The notes below the pieces were generated by a model. That model saw only the letters and a list, made by a program, of their open reading frames with translations, made no database searches and was not told where the DNA came from. A DNA stretch of 64,000 nucleotides from Bacteroidales bacterium (GTDB taxonomy: Bacteria; Bacteroidota; Bacteroidia; Bacteroidales; P3), in contig JAVVTR010000002.1 of NCBI GenBank assembly GCA_036653535.1, forward strand, positions 71,837 through 135,836. The letters are read 5' to 3'. A program made the translations under genes and the position numbers. Below are positions 27,805-37,245 of this stretch, in pieces (positions within the stretch are counted from its first letter, which is position 1; every line of letters begins with the position of its first letter).

Positions 27805-29093
27805 AAGTCTTAATGTTTGGATGGGAGTTTCCTCCACATATTACAGGGGGATTGGGTACAGCTTGTTATGGTATCTGTAAGGGACTTTTGCACCAAGGGG
27901 TAGAAGTCATTTTTATGGTTCCAAAATTGTATGGGGATGAAGATGGTAGTGTAGCTCGTATGGTGGAAGCTGGGAAAATAGCGATAGACTTGAGGCATAC
28001 TATGTACAGAGATTTATGGAAAAATTTTACGTATATCGAAATTGGAGCTAAATTAATTCCTTATTCTGGTTTGTCTCAATATTATGAATTAGAAAAAAAA
28101 CGGTCTAATATAAATTCTATATCGGAAGATTTTTATTTCACCAAGAGATTTGAATTTTCTGGACAATATCGTCAAAACTTGATGGAAGAGGTTGAGAAGT
28201 ATGCATTAGTAGCATCTACCGTGGCTTCTCAGCAGAAATTTGATGTGATACATGCCCATGATTGGTTAACGTATAAAGCGGGTATTGCGGCAAAGAAAAT
28301 AAGCGGGAAACCGTTGGTAATACACGTACATGCAACAGAATTTGATCGTACAGGGGAGAACGTAAATACGAGAGTTTTCGAAATAGAGAAGCAGGGAATG
28401 GAGCAGGCCGATAAAATAATAACGGTTAGTAATTATACAAGAGATATTGTTATTAAAAAATATGGAATAGTTCCAGAAAAAGTTTTTACGGTTTATAATG
28501 CGGTGGAACCAACGGAGTCAAGTGAAAAAGCTCTAATAGTAAGGCGGCATATATCGGAAAAAATAGTTACCTTTTTGGGACGTGTAACCTATCAAAAAGG
28601 ACCGGAATATTTTGTAGAAGCGGCACGATTAATATTAGAAAGAGATCCCAATGTGCGTTTTGTTATGGCAGGTTCAGGCGATATGTTAAATCAAATGGTA
28701 CAAAGAGTTGCTGCATTAAGGATGGGCTCACATTTTCATTTTACTGGATTTTTAAAAGGCTTGGAAGTGGATAAGATGTTTCAATTGAGCGATGTTTATG
28801 TGATGCCTTCCGTGTCAGAACCTTTTGGAATATCTCCATTAGAGGCTATGCGATCTAATGTGCCGGTGGTTATATCTAAGCAATCTGGCGTATCTGAAAT
28901 TTTGGATCACGCCCTAAAAGTAGATTTTTGGGATGTAGGTGCTTTGGCAGACGCCATTTATGGACTATTACATTATCCGGCCTTATCCGAAACATTTAAA
29001 AAATTTGGTGGGTGCGAAGTGGAAAACTTAAAATGGGACTCTTCTACTTGTAAAATGATAGAGGTATATAAACAAGCTATAAATCGAGTATAA
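27801..29093 (+). CDS. glycosyltransferase family 4 (alpha-glucan/glycogen-associated)
   Basis: I place the start at ATG 27801 (MKVLMFGWEFPPHITGGLG), overlapping the previous stop as ATGA. HAHDWLT and the EX7E region EPFGISPLEAMRSNVPVV are present. Confidence 0.85.
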   Translation: MKVLMFGWEFPPHITGGLGTACYGICKGLLHQGVEVIFMVPKLYGDEDGSVARMVEAGKIAIDLRHTMYRDLWKNFTYIEIGAKLIPYSGLSQYYELEKKRSNINSISEDFYFTKRFEFSGQYRQNLMEEVEKYALVASTVASQQKFDVIHAHDWLTYKAGIAAKKISGKPLVIHVHATEFDRTGENVNTRVFEIEKQGMEQADKIITVSNYTRDIVIKKYGIVPEKVFTVYNAVEPTESSEKALIVRRHISEKIVTFLGRVTYQKGPEYFVEAARLILERDPNVRFVMAGSGDMLNQMVQRVAALRMGSHFHFTGFLKGLEVDKMFQLSDVYVMPSVSEPFGISPLEAMRSNVPVVISKQSGVSEILDHALKVDFWDVGALADAIYGLLHYPALSETFKKFGGCEVENLKWDSSTCKMIEVYKQAINRV

Positions 29094-29125
29094 ATATAAA
29101 TAGATATACTAAAAAAAAAGGGTTA

Positions 29126-30829
29126 ATGAAAACGGTAACAATAATATTTAAAGTCCATCAACCTTTTCGTCTGAGGAAGTATCGTTTTTTTGATATGGGA
29201 GAAACGCATAACTATTATGACGATTATCAGAATAAATATGCACTAAAACGCTTTGCTGAGCAGTCGTATTATAAGGCTAACGCTTGGTTAGAAGACATGT
29301 TGGGACGTTATCCTGAAAATTTCAAAGTGTCTTTTGCTTTTTCCGGAACAGCGATAGATCAAATGGAATGGTATGCTCCGGAATTGTTGCAAAGTTTTCA
29401 GAAAATAGCTTGCAATGAACGGGTGGAGTTTTTGGCGTTACCATATTCTTATGGGGTAACTTCTTTAATGGATAGGGACATTTGGGAAGAGCAAATTGCA
29501 CTTCAACAAAAAAGGATAAAAACTTGTTTCGGAAAGGATACGCCTGTTTTGGTTAATACCGATTTATTATATAATGATCAAATAGGGGAATGGGCTGCAG
29601 AAATGGGTTTTGAGGCAATGGTTACGGAAGGGGCTAAGCATGTTTTAGGATGGAAAAGTCCTCGCTTTTTATATGCACATCCTAAATATAAAAATTTAAA
29701 ATTAATCTTAAGGGATGGCGTGCTTAGCGAGAATATTTCTTTACGATTTTCCGATTCCCAATGGAGAGAATGGCCTTATACGGTGGAAAAAATGTTGTCT
29801 ACTATGGATGTAAATTCCGATAAGGAAACTTCTCATGTAAATTTATTTTTGGATTATGGGGTATTAGGAGAATTTCAGGGAGCAGAAACGGGAATATTTG
29901 ATTTTTTTCATGCGCTTCCTAAATTTATAAATAAACAATCGGATTATGTGTTTACAACTCCTTCGGAGTTATGTAAAATCCATGGTGAATTTCCCGCTTT
30001 GCATGTACCAAGTACTATATCTTATTTAGATGAAGAAAAGGATTTAACAGCCTATTCTAATAATGATTTACAGCAAGATGTATTTGGCAATTGGAAAAAA
30101 ATATTGAAGGATATGCGTGGATGTACCAATAAGGAGTTGAATAAAGATGGCTTATATTTATTAGATATAGAGCATTTAAAATATATGGGAACAAAATTCT
30201 TTTCCAATGTACCATCTCCCCGCTATCGGAATCCCTATGATTCGCCGTATGATGCTTATATTAATTACATGAATGTTTTGTCAGATTTTATGGATCGGCT
30301 TAAAATATATAGAACCAATAGTAAATTAAATAAAAATGATGTTAACCTTTTAAATGAAAAAAAGATGGAAGAAAAGAAAACGGTAAAGAAAGCAGCTCCT
30401 AAGGCAACTGCCAAGAAAGCAGCCCCTAAAGCAGCCGCTAAGAAAGCAGCTCCTAAAGCAACCGCTAAGAAAGCAGCCCCTAAAGCAGCCGCTAAGAAAG
30501 CAGCTCCTAAAGCAGCCGCTAAGAAAGTAGCTCCTAAGGCAGCTGCTAAGAAAGTAGCTCCTAAGGCAGCCGCTAAGAAAGTAGCTCCTAAGGCAGCCGC
30601 TAAGAAAGTAGCTCCTAAGGCAGCCGCTAAGAAAGTAGCTCCTAAAGCAGCCGCTAAGAAAGTAGCTCCTAAGGCAGCCGCTAAGAAAGTAGCTCCTAAA
30701 GCAACCGTTAAGAAAGCAGCTCCTAAGGCAGCCGCTAAGAAAGTAACTCCTAAGGCAACTGCTAAGAAAGTAGCTCCTAAGGCAACCGCTTCTAAAACTA
30801 ATGCAAAAAAGAATGGTATTAAAAAATAA
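29126..30829 (+). CDS. glycoside hydrolase family 57 protein with a C-terminal Lys/Ala/Pro repeat tail
   Basis: The N-terminal VHQPFR motif and a ~420-aa body match GH57 alpha-glucan enzymes as I recall them. The last ~150 aa are 15 copies of KK(A/V)APKA(A/T)A. Confidence 0.85.
   Translation: MKTVTIIFKVHQPFRLRKYRFFDMGETHNYYDDYQNKYALKRFAEQSYYKANAWLEDMLGRYPENFKVSFAFSGTAIDQMEWYAPELLQSFQKIACNERVEFLALPYSYGVTSLMDRDIWEEQIALQQKRIKTCFGKDTPVLVNTDLLYNDQIGEWAAEMGFEAMVTEGAKHVLGWKSPRFLYAHPKYKNLKLILRDGVLSENISLRFSDSQWREWPYTVEKMLSTMDVNSDKETSHVNLFLDYGVLGEFQGAETGIFDFFHALPKFINKQSDYVFTTPSELCKIHGEFPALHVPSTISYLDEEKDLTAYSNNDLQQDVFGNWKKILKDMRGCTNKELNKDGLYLLDIEHLKYMGTKFFSNVPSPRYRNPYDSPYDAYINYMNVLSDFMDRLKIYRTNSKLNKNDVNLLNEKKMEEKKTVKKAAPKATAKKAAPKAAAKKAAPKATAKKAAPKAAAKKAAPKAAAKKVAPKAAAKKVAPKAAAKKVAPKAAAKKVAPKAAAKKVAPKAAAKKVAPKAAAKKVAPKATVKKAAPKAAAKKVTPKATAKKVAPKATASKTNAKKNGIKK
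30386..30790 (+). repeat. 15 tandem 27-bp coding repeats (aagaaagyagctcctaargcagccgct)
   Basis: Counted directly. All units are in frame with the GH57 ORF. Units 7, 8, 9 and 11 are identical at the nucleotide level, and the others differ at 1-4 positions. Confidence 0.97.
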
Positions 30830-30856
30830 TTTTACGGATTTAATACTATGGAAAAA

Positions 30857-30894
30857 GCTGAGATTCAATTTAACTTGAATTTCAGCTTTTTTTT
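30857..30894 (+). terminator. rho-independent terminator after the GH57 gene
   Basis: The stem is gctgagattcaa / ttgaatttcagc (12 bp, one G-U) with loop tttaac, followed by a run of 8 T. Confidence 0.75.
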
Positions 30895-31016
30895 ATAAGA
30901 AAGGAATATGGGTGTTTTTTTTAGCAAGAGCCTATACGATAATTCCTTTCAAAAATACACAATAATTATTTTGTCAAGGTCTTCTATATAAAGTTGTAAA
31001 AGTCTTCAAAAGCAAG

Positions 31017-31024
31017 TATTTTTG
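31017..31024 (+). promoter_or_regulatory. candidate -7 box (TATTTTTG) for the GT3-GT35 fusion gene
   Basis: TAnnTTTG match 73 nt upstream of ATG 31097. Confidence 0.4.
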
Positions 31025-31096
31025 CTTTGTTTAAAAATGGAAATGAGCAATTATTGTTTAACTTATTTTCAAAACAATTAAAAACAGTAAATAGGC

Positions 31097-34000
31097 ATGT
31101 GGAATAAATTAGAAGAATCATATTTGTTTGAAACCAGTTGGGAAGTATGCAACAAGGTAGGTGGAATCTATACGGTAGTTTCAACCAAAGTTTTAAATAT
31201 GCAAAAATTATTTGGGAAAAATTATTTTTTAATAGGGCCAGATGTGTGGAAAGGGCGGGATAATAGAGAATTTACAGAAGATAAAAAATTATATGCGGAG
31301 TGGCGAATTTATGCTGAAAGTAAAAATGTTTATTTTAGAATAGGTCGTTGGAATATAGAAGGATCTCCTATAGTGGTATTAGTAGATTTTATGTCTCTTA
31401 TTCCACAAAAAGACAATATATTGGCCGAGTTTTGGACGAAATTTAATTTAGACTCTATTTCAGGACAGTGGGATTATATAGAACCCGTTCTTTTTGGCTA
31501 CGCCGCCGCAAAAGTAGTGGAAACTTTTTATGAGCATCAAGTTTTTCCACAAGAAAAAGTTTACGCTCATTTTCATGAATGGATGACAGGTTCTGGTGTG
31601 TTATATTTGAAACAAAATTTACCTCAGATAGGAACTGTATTTACTACACATGCTACGGTTTTAGGAAGATGTATAGCAGGCAATGGATTGCCATTGTATA
31701 GTGATTTGTCCACTTATAATGCAGATGTATTATCCAATAAATTTGGGGTAAGATCTAAGTTTTCTTTAGAAAAATTATCTGCCCAAGAAACGGATGTTTT
31801 TACAACGGTTAGTGAAATAACGGATGCGGAATGTAAACAATTTTTTGGGAAAGCAGTAGATATACTTACTCCTAATGGCTTTGACAATAGTTTTGTTCCC
31901 AATACTATAGATTCTTTTGAGACTAAACGTACTTTGGCTAAAGCAAAATTAAGACAAGTTGCAAGTGCCTTGTTAAATCAAAAAATTCCGGAGAATGCTC
32001 TTTTTGTTGTGAATAGTGGAAGATATGAATTTAAAAACAAAGGGATAGATCTGTATATAGATGCTTTGGCTGAATTGAATCACAGAGAAGAATTAAATCG
32101 TCCTATTATAGCATTTTTAACTATTCCAGCCTCTCACGGAGGTCCTCGTTTAGAGGTATTAGAAAGGATGAAACAGGGCATAGAAGATAATGCACTGCCT
32201 ATTACAGAAGATTATTGTTCTCATTATTTAAATGAGGTAGATCACGATCCTATATTGAACCGATTACGTTTGGATAAATTGAAAAATTTACCAGAAGATA
32301 AGGTTAAAGTGATTTTTGTACCTTGTTATTTAGATGGTCAGGATGGTATTTTTAATTTATCTTATTATGATTTGCTGATAGGATTTGATGCTTCTATTTT
32401 TCCTTCCTATTATGAGCCTTGGGGCTATACGCCTTTAGAAAGTATAGCTTTTTCTGTACCAACATTAACTACCTCTTTGGCTGGTTTTGGTCGTTGGGTA
32501 CAGAAGAATTTTGTAAAGGATTCCATGGGGGTATGTGTGGTAAATCGCAAAGACAGGAATGATCTTGAGGTTGTAGAGGCAATAGAAAACTATTTAATTT
32601 CTTTAGCTATTAGTACGGATGCCGAAATGGAAAACTATCGTAAGCAAGCTTTGGATATATCCCGATCCGCTTTATGGGATATACTTATAGCTCAATATCA
32701 AAAGGCTTACGAAAAGGTACAAATAAAATGGGAGAAAGATCCGTCTTTGTTAAATAAAGGTCTACCTAAATCGGATCGACATTTTTCAATGGTACCTCTG
32801 CTTAAACCTAATTGGAAAAAGATTCTTATACAACCTAATACTCCTTCTCGTTTAAAAAAATTAGAAGAACTTTCTAAAAACCTTTGGTGGTCTTGGAATG
32901 TGGAAGCGACAGCACTTTTCGAAAATATAGATTCGAAATTATGGGAAAATGTTCAGCATAATCCTGTAGCTTTATTGTCGGAGTTAAGTTCTGTGCAAAT
33001 GAGACAACTGGAAAGTGATACCGAGTTTTTAGCTAAAATGGAGAGGGTATATGATCAATTTATACATTACATGCAAATGGCAGATCAAAAGGGGAAAGGA
33101 CCAAAAGTCGCTTATTTCTCTATGGAATTTGGATTGCATGAGAGCATAAAAATTTATTCAGGTGGATTAGGAATTTTAGCAGGAGATTATTTGAAATCGG
33201 CCAGCGATAAAAATGCCGATATAATAGGTGTTGGCTTGCTATATCGTTATGGTTATTTTTCTCAACGTATTTCCTTTTCCGGTGAACAAATGGCGGAATA
33301 TATTCCTCAAGCTTTTTCTAAACTTCCTTTGTTACCGGTTCGAGATAAGCAGGGTGAATGGTTAAAAATATCCATTTCTTTGCCTGGACGTAAATTGTTT
33401 GCTAAAATTTGGGTGATCCATGTTGGTCGTATTCCTTTATATTTATTGGATACAGACATAGACGAAAATACGGATGCAGATAAATTTATTACGCATCAAC
33501 TTTATGGAGGAGATTGGGAAAATCGTTTTAAGCAAGAGTTGCTATTGGGTGTAGGGGGAATACGGATGTTAAGGAAAATTGGGATAGAAGCGGATGTTTT
33601 TCATTGTAATGAAGGACATGGTGCTTTTATTGGATTAGAGCGGTTAAGAGAATATATAGAAGAGAAACATTTACCCTTTTTGCAGGCGAAAGAATTGGTA
33701 AGAGGTTCTTCTTTGTTTACGACTCATACTCCTGTTCCAGCCGGCCACGATGCTTTTTCGGAAGATATTCTTAGAACCTATATTTCTCACTATCCTATGA
33801 GACTTAAAATTCCGTGGGAAGATTTTATGGCTTTGGGGCGGAAAGATAGGGATAGTGTAAATGATAAATTTTCCATGAGCTTTTTGGCAGCACATCTTTC
33901 TTCTGAAATTAATGGGGTGAGTCAAATACATGGTCGTGTTTCAAGAGAAATTTTTGCTCCTTTATATCCTGGTTATTTTCCAGAAGAATTGTCAATAGGA

Positions 34001-35344
34001 TATGTTACTAATGGCGTGCATTTTAAGACATGGACTCATGGTAGGTGGCGAATGTTGTATGAAAAATATTTTGGGGAAGAGTTTAAACAAGATATTTTGG
34101 ATAGCCAATGGTGGCAAAAAATATATGAGGTTCCGGATGTTGAAATAATGGATATACGGAATGATTTGCGTGCGAAATTGATAGATTTTATCAAGGTTCG
34201 TATACAAAGAGAATCTCCTCAAAGAGGAGATAATCCGCAAGATGTTGTAAAAGCATTAGAAATCTTAAATCCCAAAGCATTAACTATAGGTTTTGCTCGA
34301 CGTTTTGCTACGTATAAACGGGCACATTTGTTATTTAAAGATCTAAATAGATTATCGGCTTTGGTTAATAATGCAGAACATCCAGTGCAATTTGTTTTTG
34401 CAGGCAAGGCTCATCCTGCCGATAAAGCAGGGCAGGACTTGATACGTCAAATTGTAGATATTTCTCGACGAGCAGAATTTTTGGGGAAAATTATTTTTGT
34501 AGAAAATTATGATATAAACGTAGCAAAGCATTTAGTACAAGGGGTAGATGTATGGATGAATACCCCCACACGGCCCTTAGAAGCCTCTGGGACCAGTGGA
34601 GAAAAAGCGATTATGAATGGGGTTTTAAACTTAAGTGTTTTAGATGGTTGGTGGGCAGAGGGCTATAAACCAGGGGCAGGTTGGGCTTTAAAAGAAGAAC
34701 AAACTTATGAAAATCCGGCCTACCAAGATGCTTTGGATGCAGAATTAATTTATCAAATTATAGAAAAAACGATAGTGCCCACTTTCTACGATGTGGATCA
34801 AAATGGAATCAGTAAAACTTGGGTTCATTATATTAAGAATAATATAGCTCAAATTGCACCTCATTTTACGATGCGTAGGCAATTGGAAGATTATTATAAA
34901 CAATATTATTATAAGTTAGAGAAAAGATTTAAAAATCTATGTGTCGATAACTATAAGCAAGCTTTAAATATTACTAAATGGAAAATACGGGTTTTAAATT
35001 CATGGGATAGCATTAAAATGGAAGAAATCCATATTCAAGACTCTACCAAGGCACCTCTTTTGTTGGGAGAACCATCTTCCTTTGAGATTACTTTAGATCT
35101 TGGCAATTTGGATGCAGAAGAAATAGGGGTAGAAGTGGTATTTGGACAGAAAGAAAATGACGTGGTAAAAAGACTGCTGTTTACACATGAATTACTGCCT
35201 GTGCAGCAAGAGAAAAGTTTAGTGAAATATGCCTGTTCTTTTGTGGTAGATACTTCTGGTGTATATGATTATGTTTTTAGAATTTATCCTAAAAACAAAG
35301 AATTGCCTTATAGGCAAGATTTCAAATTGGTAAAATGGTTTTAA
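31097..35344 (+). CDS. fusion protein: GT3 (eukaryote-type) glycogen synthase N-terminal half plus GT35 alpha-glucan phosphorylase C-terminal half
   Basis: The N-half has SWEVCNKVGGIYTV, HFHEWMTG, VFTTHATVLGR, VFTTVSEIT and LTPNGFD, which are GT3 glycogen synthase hallmarks. The C-half has VAYFSMEFGLHES...SGGLGILAGDYLKSASD and EASGTSGEKAIMNG, the alpha-glucan phosphorylase PLP-Lys region. It is a single uninterrupted 1415-codon ORF. Confidence 0.85.
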   Translation: MWNKLEESYLFETSWEVCNKVGGIYTVVSTKVLNMQKLFGKNYFLIGPDVWKGRDNREFTEDKKLYAEWRIYAESKNVYFRIGRWNIEGSPIVVLVDFMSLIPQKDNILAEFWTKFNLDSISGQWDYIEPVLFGYAAAKVVETFYEHQVFPQEKVYAHFHEWMTGSGVLYLKQNLPQIGTVFTTHATVLGRCIAGNGLPLYSDLSTYNADVLSNKFGVRSKFSLEKLSAQETDVFTTVSEITDAECKQFFGKAVDILTPNGFDNSFVPNTIDSFETKRTLAKAKLRQVASALLNQKIPENALFVVNSGRYEFKNKGIDLYIDALAELNHREELNRPIIAFLTIPASHGGPRLEVLERMKQGIEDNALPITEDYCSHYLNEVDHDPILNRLRLDKLKNLPEDKVKVIFVPCYLDGQDGIFNLSYYDLLIGFDASIFPSYYEPWGYTPLESIAFSVPTLTTSLAGFGRWVQKNFVKDSMGVCVVNRKDRNDLEVVEAIENYLISLAISTDAEMENYRKQALDISRSALWDILIAQYQKAYEKVQIKWEKDPSLLNKGLPKSDRHFSMVPLLKPNWKKILIQPNTPSRLKKLEELSKNLWWSWNVEATALFENIDSKLWENVQHNPVALLSELSSVQMRQLESDTEFLAKMERVYDQFIHYMQMADQKGKGPKVAYFSMEFGLHESIKIYSGGLGILAGDYLKSASDKNADIIGVGLLYRYGYFSQRISFSGEQMAEYIPQAFSKLPLLPVRDKQGEWLKISISLPGRKLFAKIWVIHVGRIPLYLLDTDIDENTDADKFITHQLYGGDWENRFKQELLLGVGGIRMLRKIGIEADVFHCNEGHGAFIGLERLREYIEEKHLPFLQAKELVRGSSLFTTHTPVPAGHDAFSEDILRTYISHYPMRLKIPWEDFMALGRKDRDSVNDKFSMSFLAAHLSSEINGVSQIHGRVSREIFAPLYPGYFPEELSIGYVTNGVHFKTWTHGRWRMLYEKYFGEEFKQDILDSQWWQKIYEVPDVEIMDIRNDLRAKLIDFIKVRIQRESPQRGDNPQDVVKALEILNPKALTIGFARRFATYKRAHLLFKDLNRLSALVNNAEHPVQFVFAGKAHPADKAGQDLIRQIVDISRRAEFLGKIIFVENYDINVAKHLVQGVDVWMNTPTRPLEASGTSGEKAIMNGVLNLSVLDGWWAEGYKPGAGWALKEEQTYENPAYQDALDAELIYQIIEKTIVPTFYDVDQNGISKTWVHYIKNNIAQIAPHFTMRRQLEDYYKQYYYKLEKRFKNLCVDNYKQALNITKWKIRVLNSWDSIKMEEIHIQDSTKAPLLLGEPSSFEITLDLGNLDAEEIGVEVVFGQKENDVVKRLLFTHELLPVQQEKSLVKYACSFVVDTSGVYDYVFRIYPKNKELPYRQDFKLVKWF

Positions 35345-35930
35345 ATTGTTGATCTAATGCTAAAATAGAGCTTAGGATAGGATGTTCTTCATCGTTGTAG
35401 AGAATATAGTTCGATTTTTTTATTCTTTCTTCACAGGACATTTGTTGTTGTATTCGTGCTTGGATAATAGAAGCACTGCTATGATCTCGGCGGATACAAC
35501 GTTTTATTCTTAGCTCTACAGGTGCTTCTACATCTATAACATAATCTACTATGTTATCTAAATGGCTTTCAAATAAAATAGCAGCTTCTATAATGCAGTA
35601 ATTAATTTTCGGTTGGGTTCTTTTTATATTTTCCACCCAATTTAAAAAATCTTGAAAAAGTAAAGGATGGATAATATTGTTTAAAAGGGATAACTGCTCT
35701 GTATCAGAAAATACTTTTTGAGCCAATTTTTGACGATCTATATGTAGGGAATGCTTGCTAAGAATAGAAGATCCGAAAGTTTTTAAGATAAGATTTTCTA
35801 CTTTCGGTAAAGCGGAAATTTTTTTTGCTTGTAAATCGGCAGAATAAACCGGGGTATCTAAAATGGAGAAAACACGAGCTATTGTGGTCTTTCCACATCC
35901 TATTCCCCCGGTTAGTCCTACTTTTATCAT
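35322..35930 (-). CDS. coaE: dephospho-CoA kinase
   Basis: 202 aa with the P-loop GLTGGIGCGKTT and CoaE-like length and layout. The 3' end overlaps the phosphorylase fusion 3' end by 23 nt. Confidence 0.9.
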   Translation of the reverse strand: MIKVGLTGGIGCGKTTIARVFSILDTPVYSADLQAKKISALPKVENLILKTFGSSILSKHSLHIDRQKLAQKVFSDTEQLSLLNNIIHPLLFQDFLNWVENIKRTQPKINYCIIEAAILFESHLDNIVDYVIDVEAPVELRIKRCIRRDHSSASIIQARIQQQMSCEERIKKSNYILYNDEEHPILSSILALDQQFKTILPI

Positions 35931-35936
35931 AAATAG

Positions 35937-36269
35937 TTACTTGGAAGAATTTTCGTTGAGTTGGTCGGAAATACTGGACGCAATAGCAGATTTTTCCAAT
36001 TTAATATGTACATTACTCTCTATTTCTAAAGTAACGGTAGTTTCTTGTAATTCGGAGATTTTTCCATGGATCCCACCAATGGTAATTACTTTTTGTCCTC
36101 TTTGTAGACCTTCTCTGAATTTTTTTTGCTCTTTATTTCTTTTCATTTGGGGACGTATTAAAAAGAAATAAAAGATAACAATAATAATGGCAATAAGAAA
36201 AATTTGTTGCCACATTCCGCCACCTGGAGCTGCTGCTGGAGCTTGTAATAAAATGCTTGCTAATTTCAT
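35937..36269 (-). CDS. yajC: preprotein translocase subunit YajC
   Basis: 110 aa with a single TM helix followed by FLIRPQMKRNKEQKKFREGLQRGQKVITIGGIHGKI. Confidence 0.88.
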   Translation of the reverse strand: MKLASILLQAPAAAPGGGMWQQIFLIAIIIVIFYFFLIRPQMKRNKEQKKFREGLQRGQKVITIGGIHGKISELQETTVTLEIESNVHIKLEKSAIASSISDQLNENSSK

Positions 36270-36289
36270 GTTGTAAAAATTTTATATTA

Positions 36290-37231
36290 TTAAATTAAAC
36301 CTCTTCCGCTTTTCTTAATAATTTTACTTTCGGTTAAATCCGAAGCCAATTTATTAAGTAAGCCATTTACAAAAATACGACTTTTTTCGGAACAGAATCG
36401 TTTAGATACTTCTATGTATTCATTTAAGCTAACCTTAATGGGTATAGATGGAAAATTTATTAATTCGGTAAGGGCTGCTTTTAATATAATTAATTCTATC
36501 ATGGCTACTCTATCTGCATCCCAATTTTCCAAGCGTTCAAAAATTAATTTCTGATACTCGTTGTCGTGCAATAAGGTCTTTTGCAATAGGGTTTTGGCAA
36601 ATTGAATATCTTCATCTTCTTTCGAGAAGGCTGGTTCTAAACATTCGCTTTCATTTTCCTTCATGCCTTTTATGGATAGGGAAACCCAATGTGATACGCT
36701 ATCAAAATCACAAATCCAAAAAATAGACTGTTCTTCACAAAAGGCGTGAAAAGCGGAGTTGTTAGCAATTTTTTTCTTAAAAATTTTGCATAGAAAATCT
36801 TGATCTGCAGTAAAAGTTGGGGTTTCTTTTGATGAAATATATTCTTCGTAAATAGTACTACGTATAATATCGTTATATACCGATTTAAGTATGTCTTTCT
36901 TGCTTTCCCAATTAAATTTATAGCTCTCGTTTTTTAATTGAAAAATAGGGCTATTACGAATATGAAGAATGGCTAAGTTGTCCGGAAAACGAGTATTGGG
37001 ATTTAAATCGGAATCGGAGGGAACAAATTTTTGTTTTCCAATACTAAATTTCTCATTAAAATATTCCGATAAGGCTACAATAAAAGAAAATTGGCAAATA
37101 TATAATTCATAAGTTTTCTGTAATCCTGCCAGCATATTATTCTCGCAAGTTACGGCATTTTCTGATCCGCCTTGATAAAAAGCATATAAGGCTTGGACCG
37201 TTTTTTCTCTGACAAATCTTCTATTAAGCAT
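36290..37231 (-). CDS. nusB: transcription antitermination factor NusB (long Bacteroidota form)
   Basis: 313 aa. N-terminal RRFVREKTVQALYAF and C-terminal NEYIEVSKRFCSEKSRIFVNGLLNKL are NusB-like. The position upstream of yajC/coaE is typical. Confidence 0.8.
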   Translation of the reverse strand: MLNRRFVREKTVQALYAFYQGGSENAVTCENNMLAGLQKTYELYICQFSFIVALSEYFNEKFSIGKQKFVPSDSDLNPNTRFPDNLAILHIRNSPIFQLKNESYKFNWESKKDILKSVYNDIIRSTIYEEYISSKETPTFTADQDFLCKIFKKKIANNSAFHAFCEEQSIFWICDFDSVSHWVSLSIKGMKENESECLEPAFSKEDEDIQFAKTLLQKTLLHDNEYQKLIFERLENWDADRVAMIELIILKAALTELINFPSIPIKVSLNEYIEVSKRFCSEKSRIFVNGLLNKLASDLTESKIIKKSGRGLI

Positions 37232-37245
37232 ATAGGGAACCTTTC

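Noticed and set aside
30386-30790. Regular 27-bp repeats that could look like a CRISPR array.
   Set aside because: The units are directly adjacent with no spacers. They are in frame with, and inside, a long ORF. No cas genes occur anywhere in the window.
30350-30868. 172-aa minus-strand ORF made of CLRSYFLSG-type repeats.
   Set aside because: It is the antisense mirror of the 27-bp coding repeats of the GH57 gene. It has no independent start context or promoter, and its open frame is a by-product of the repeat composition.
35863-36171. 102-aa plus-strand ORF.
   Set aside because: It is antisense to coaE and yajC, both well supported.
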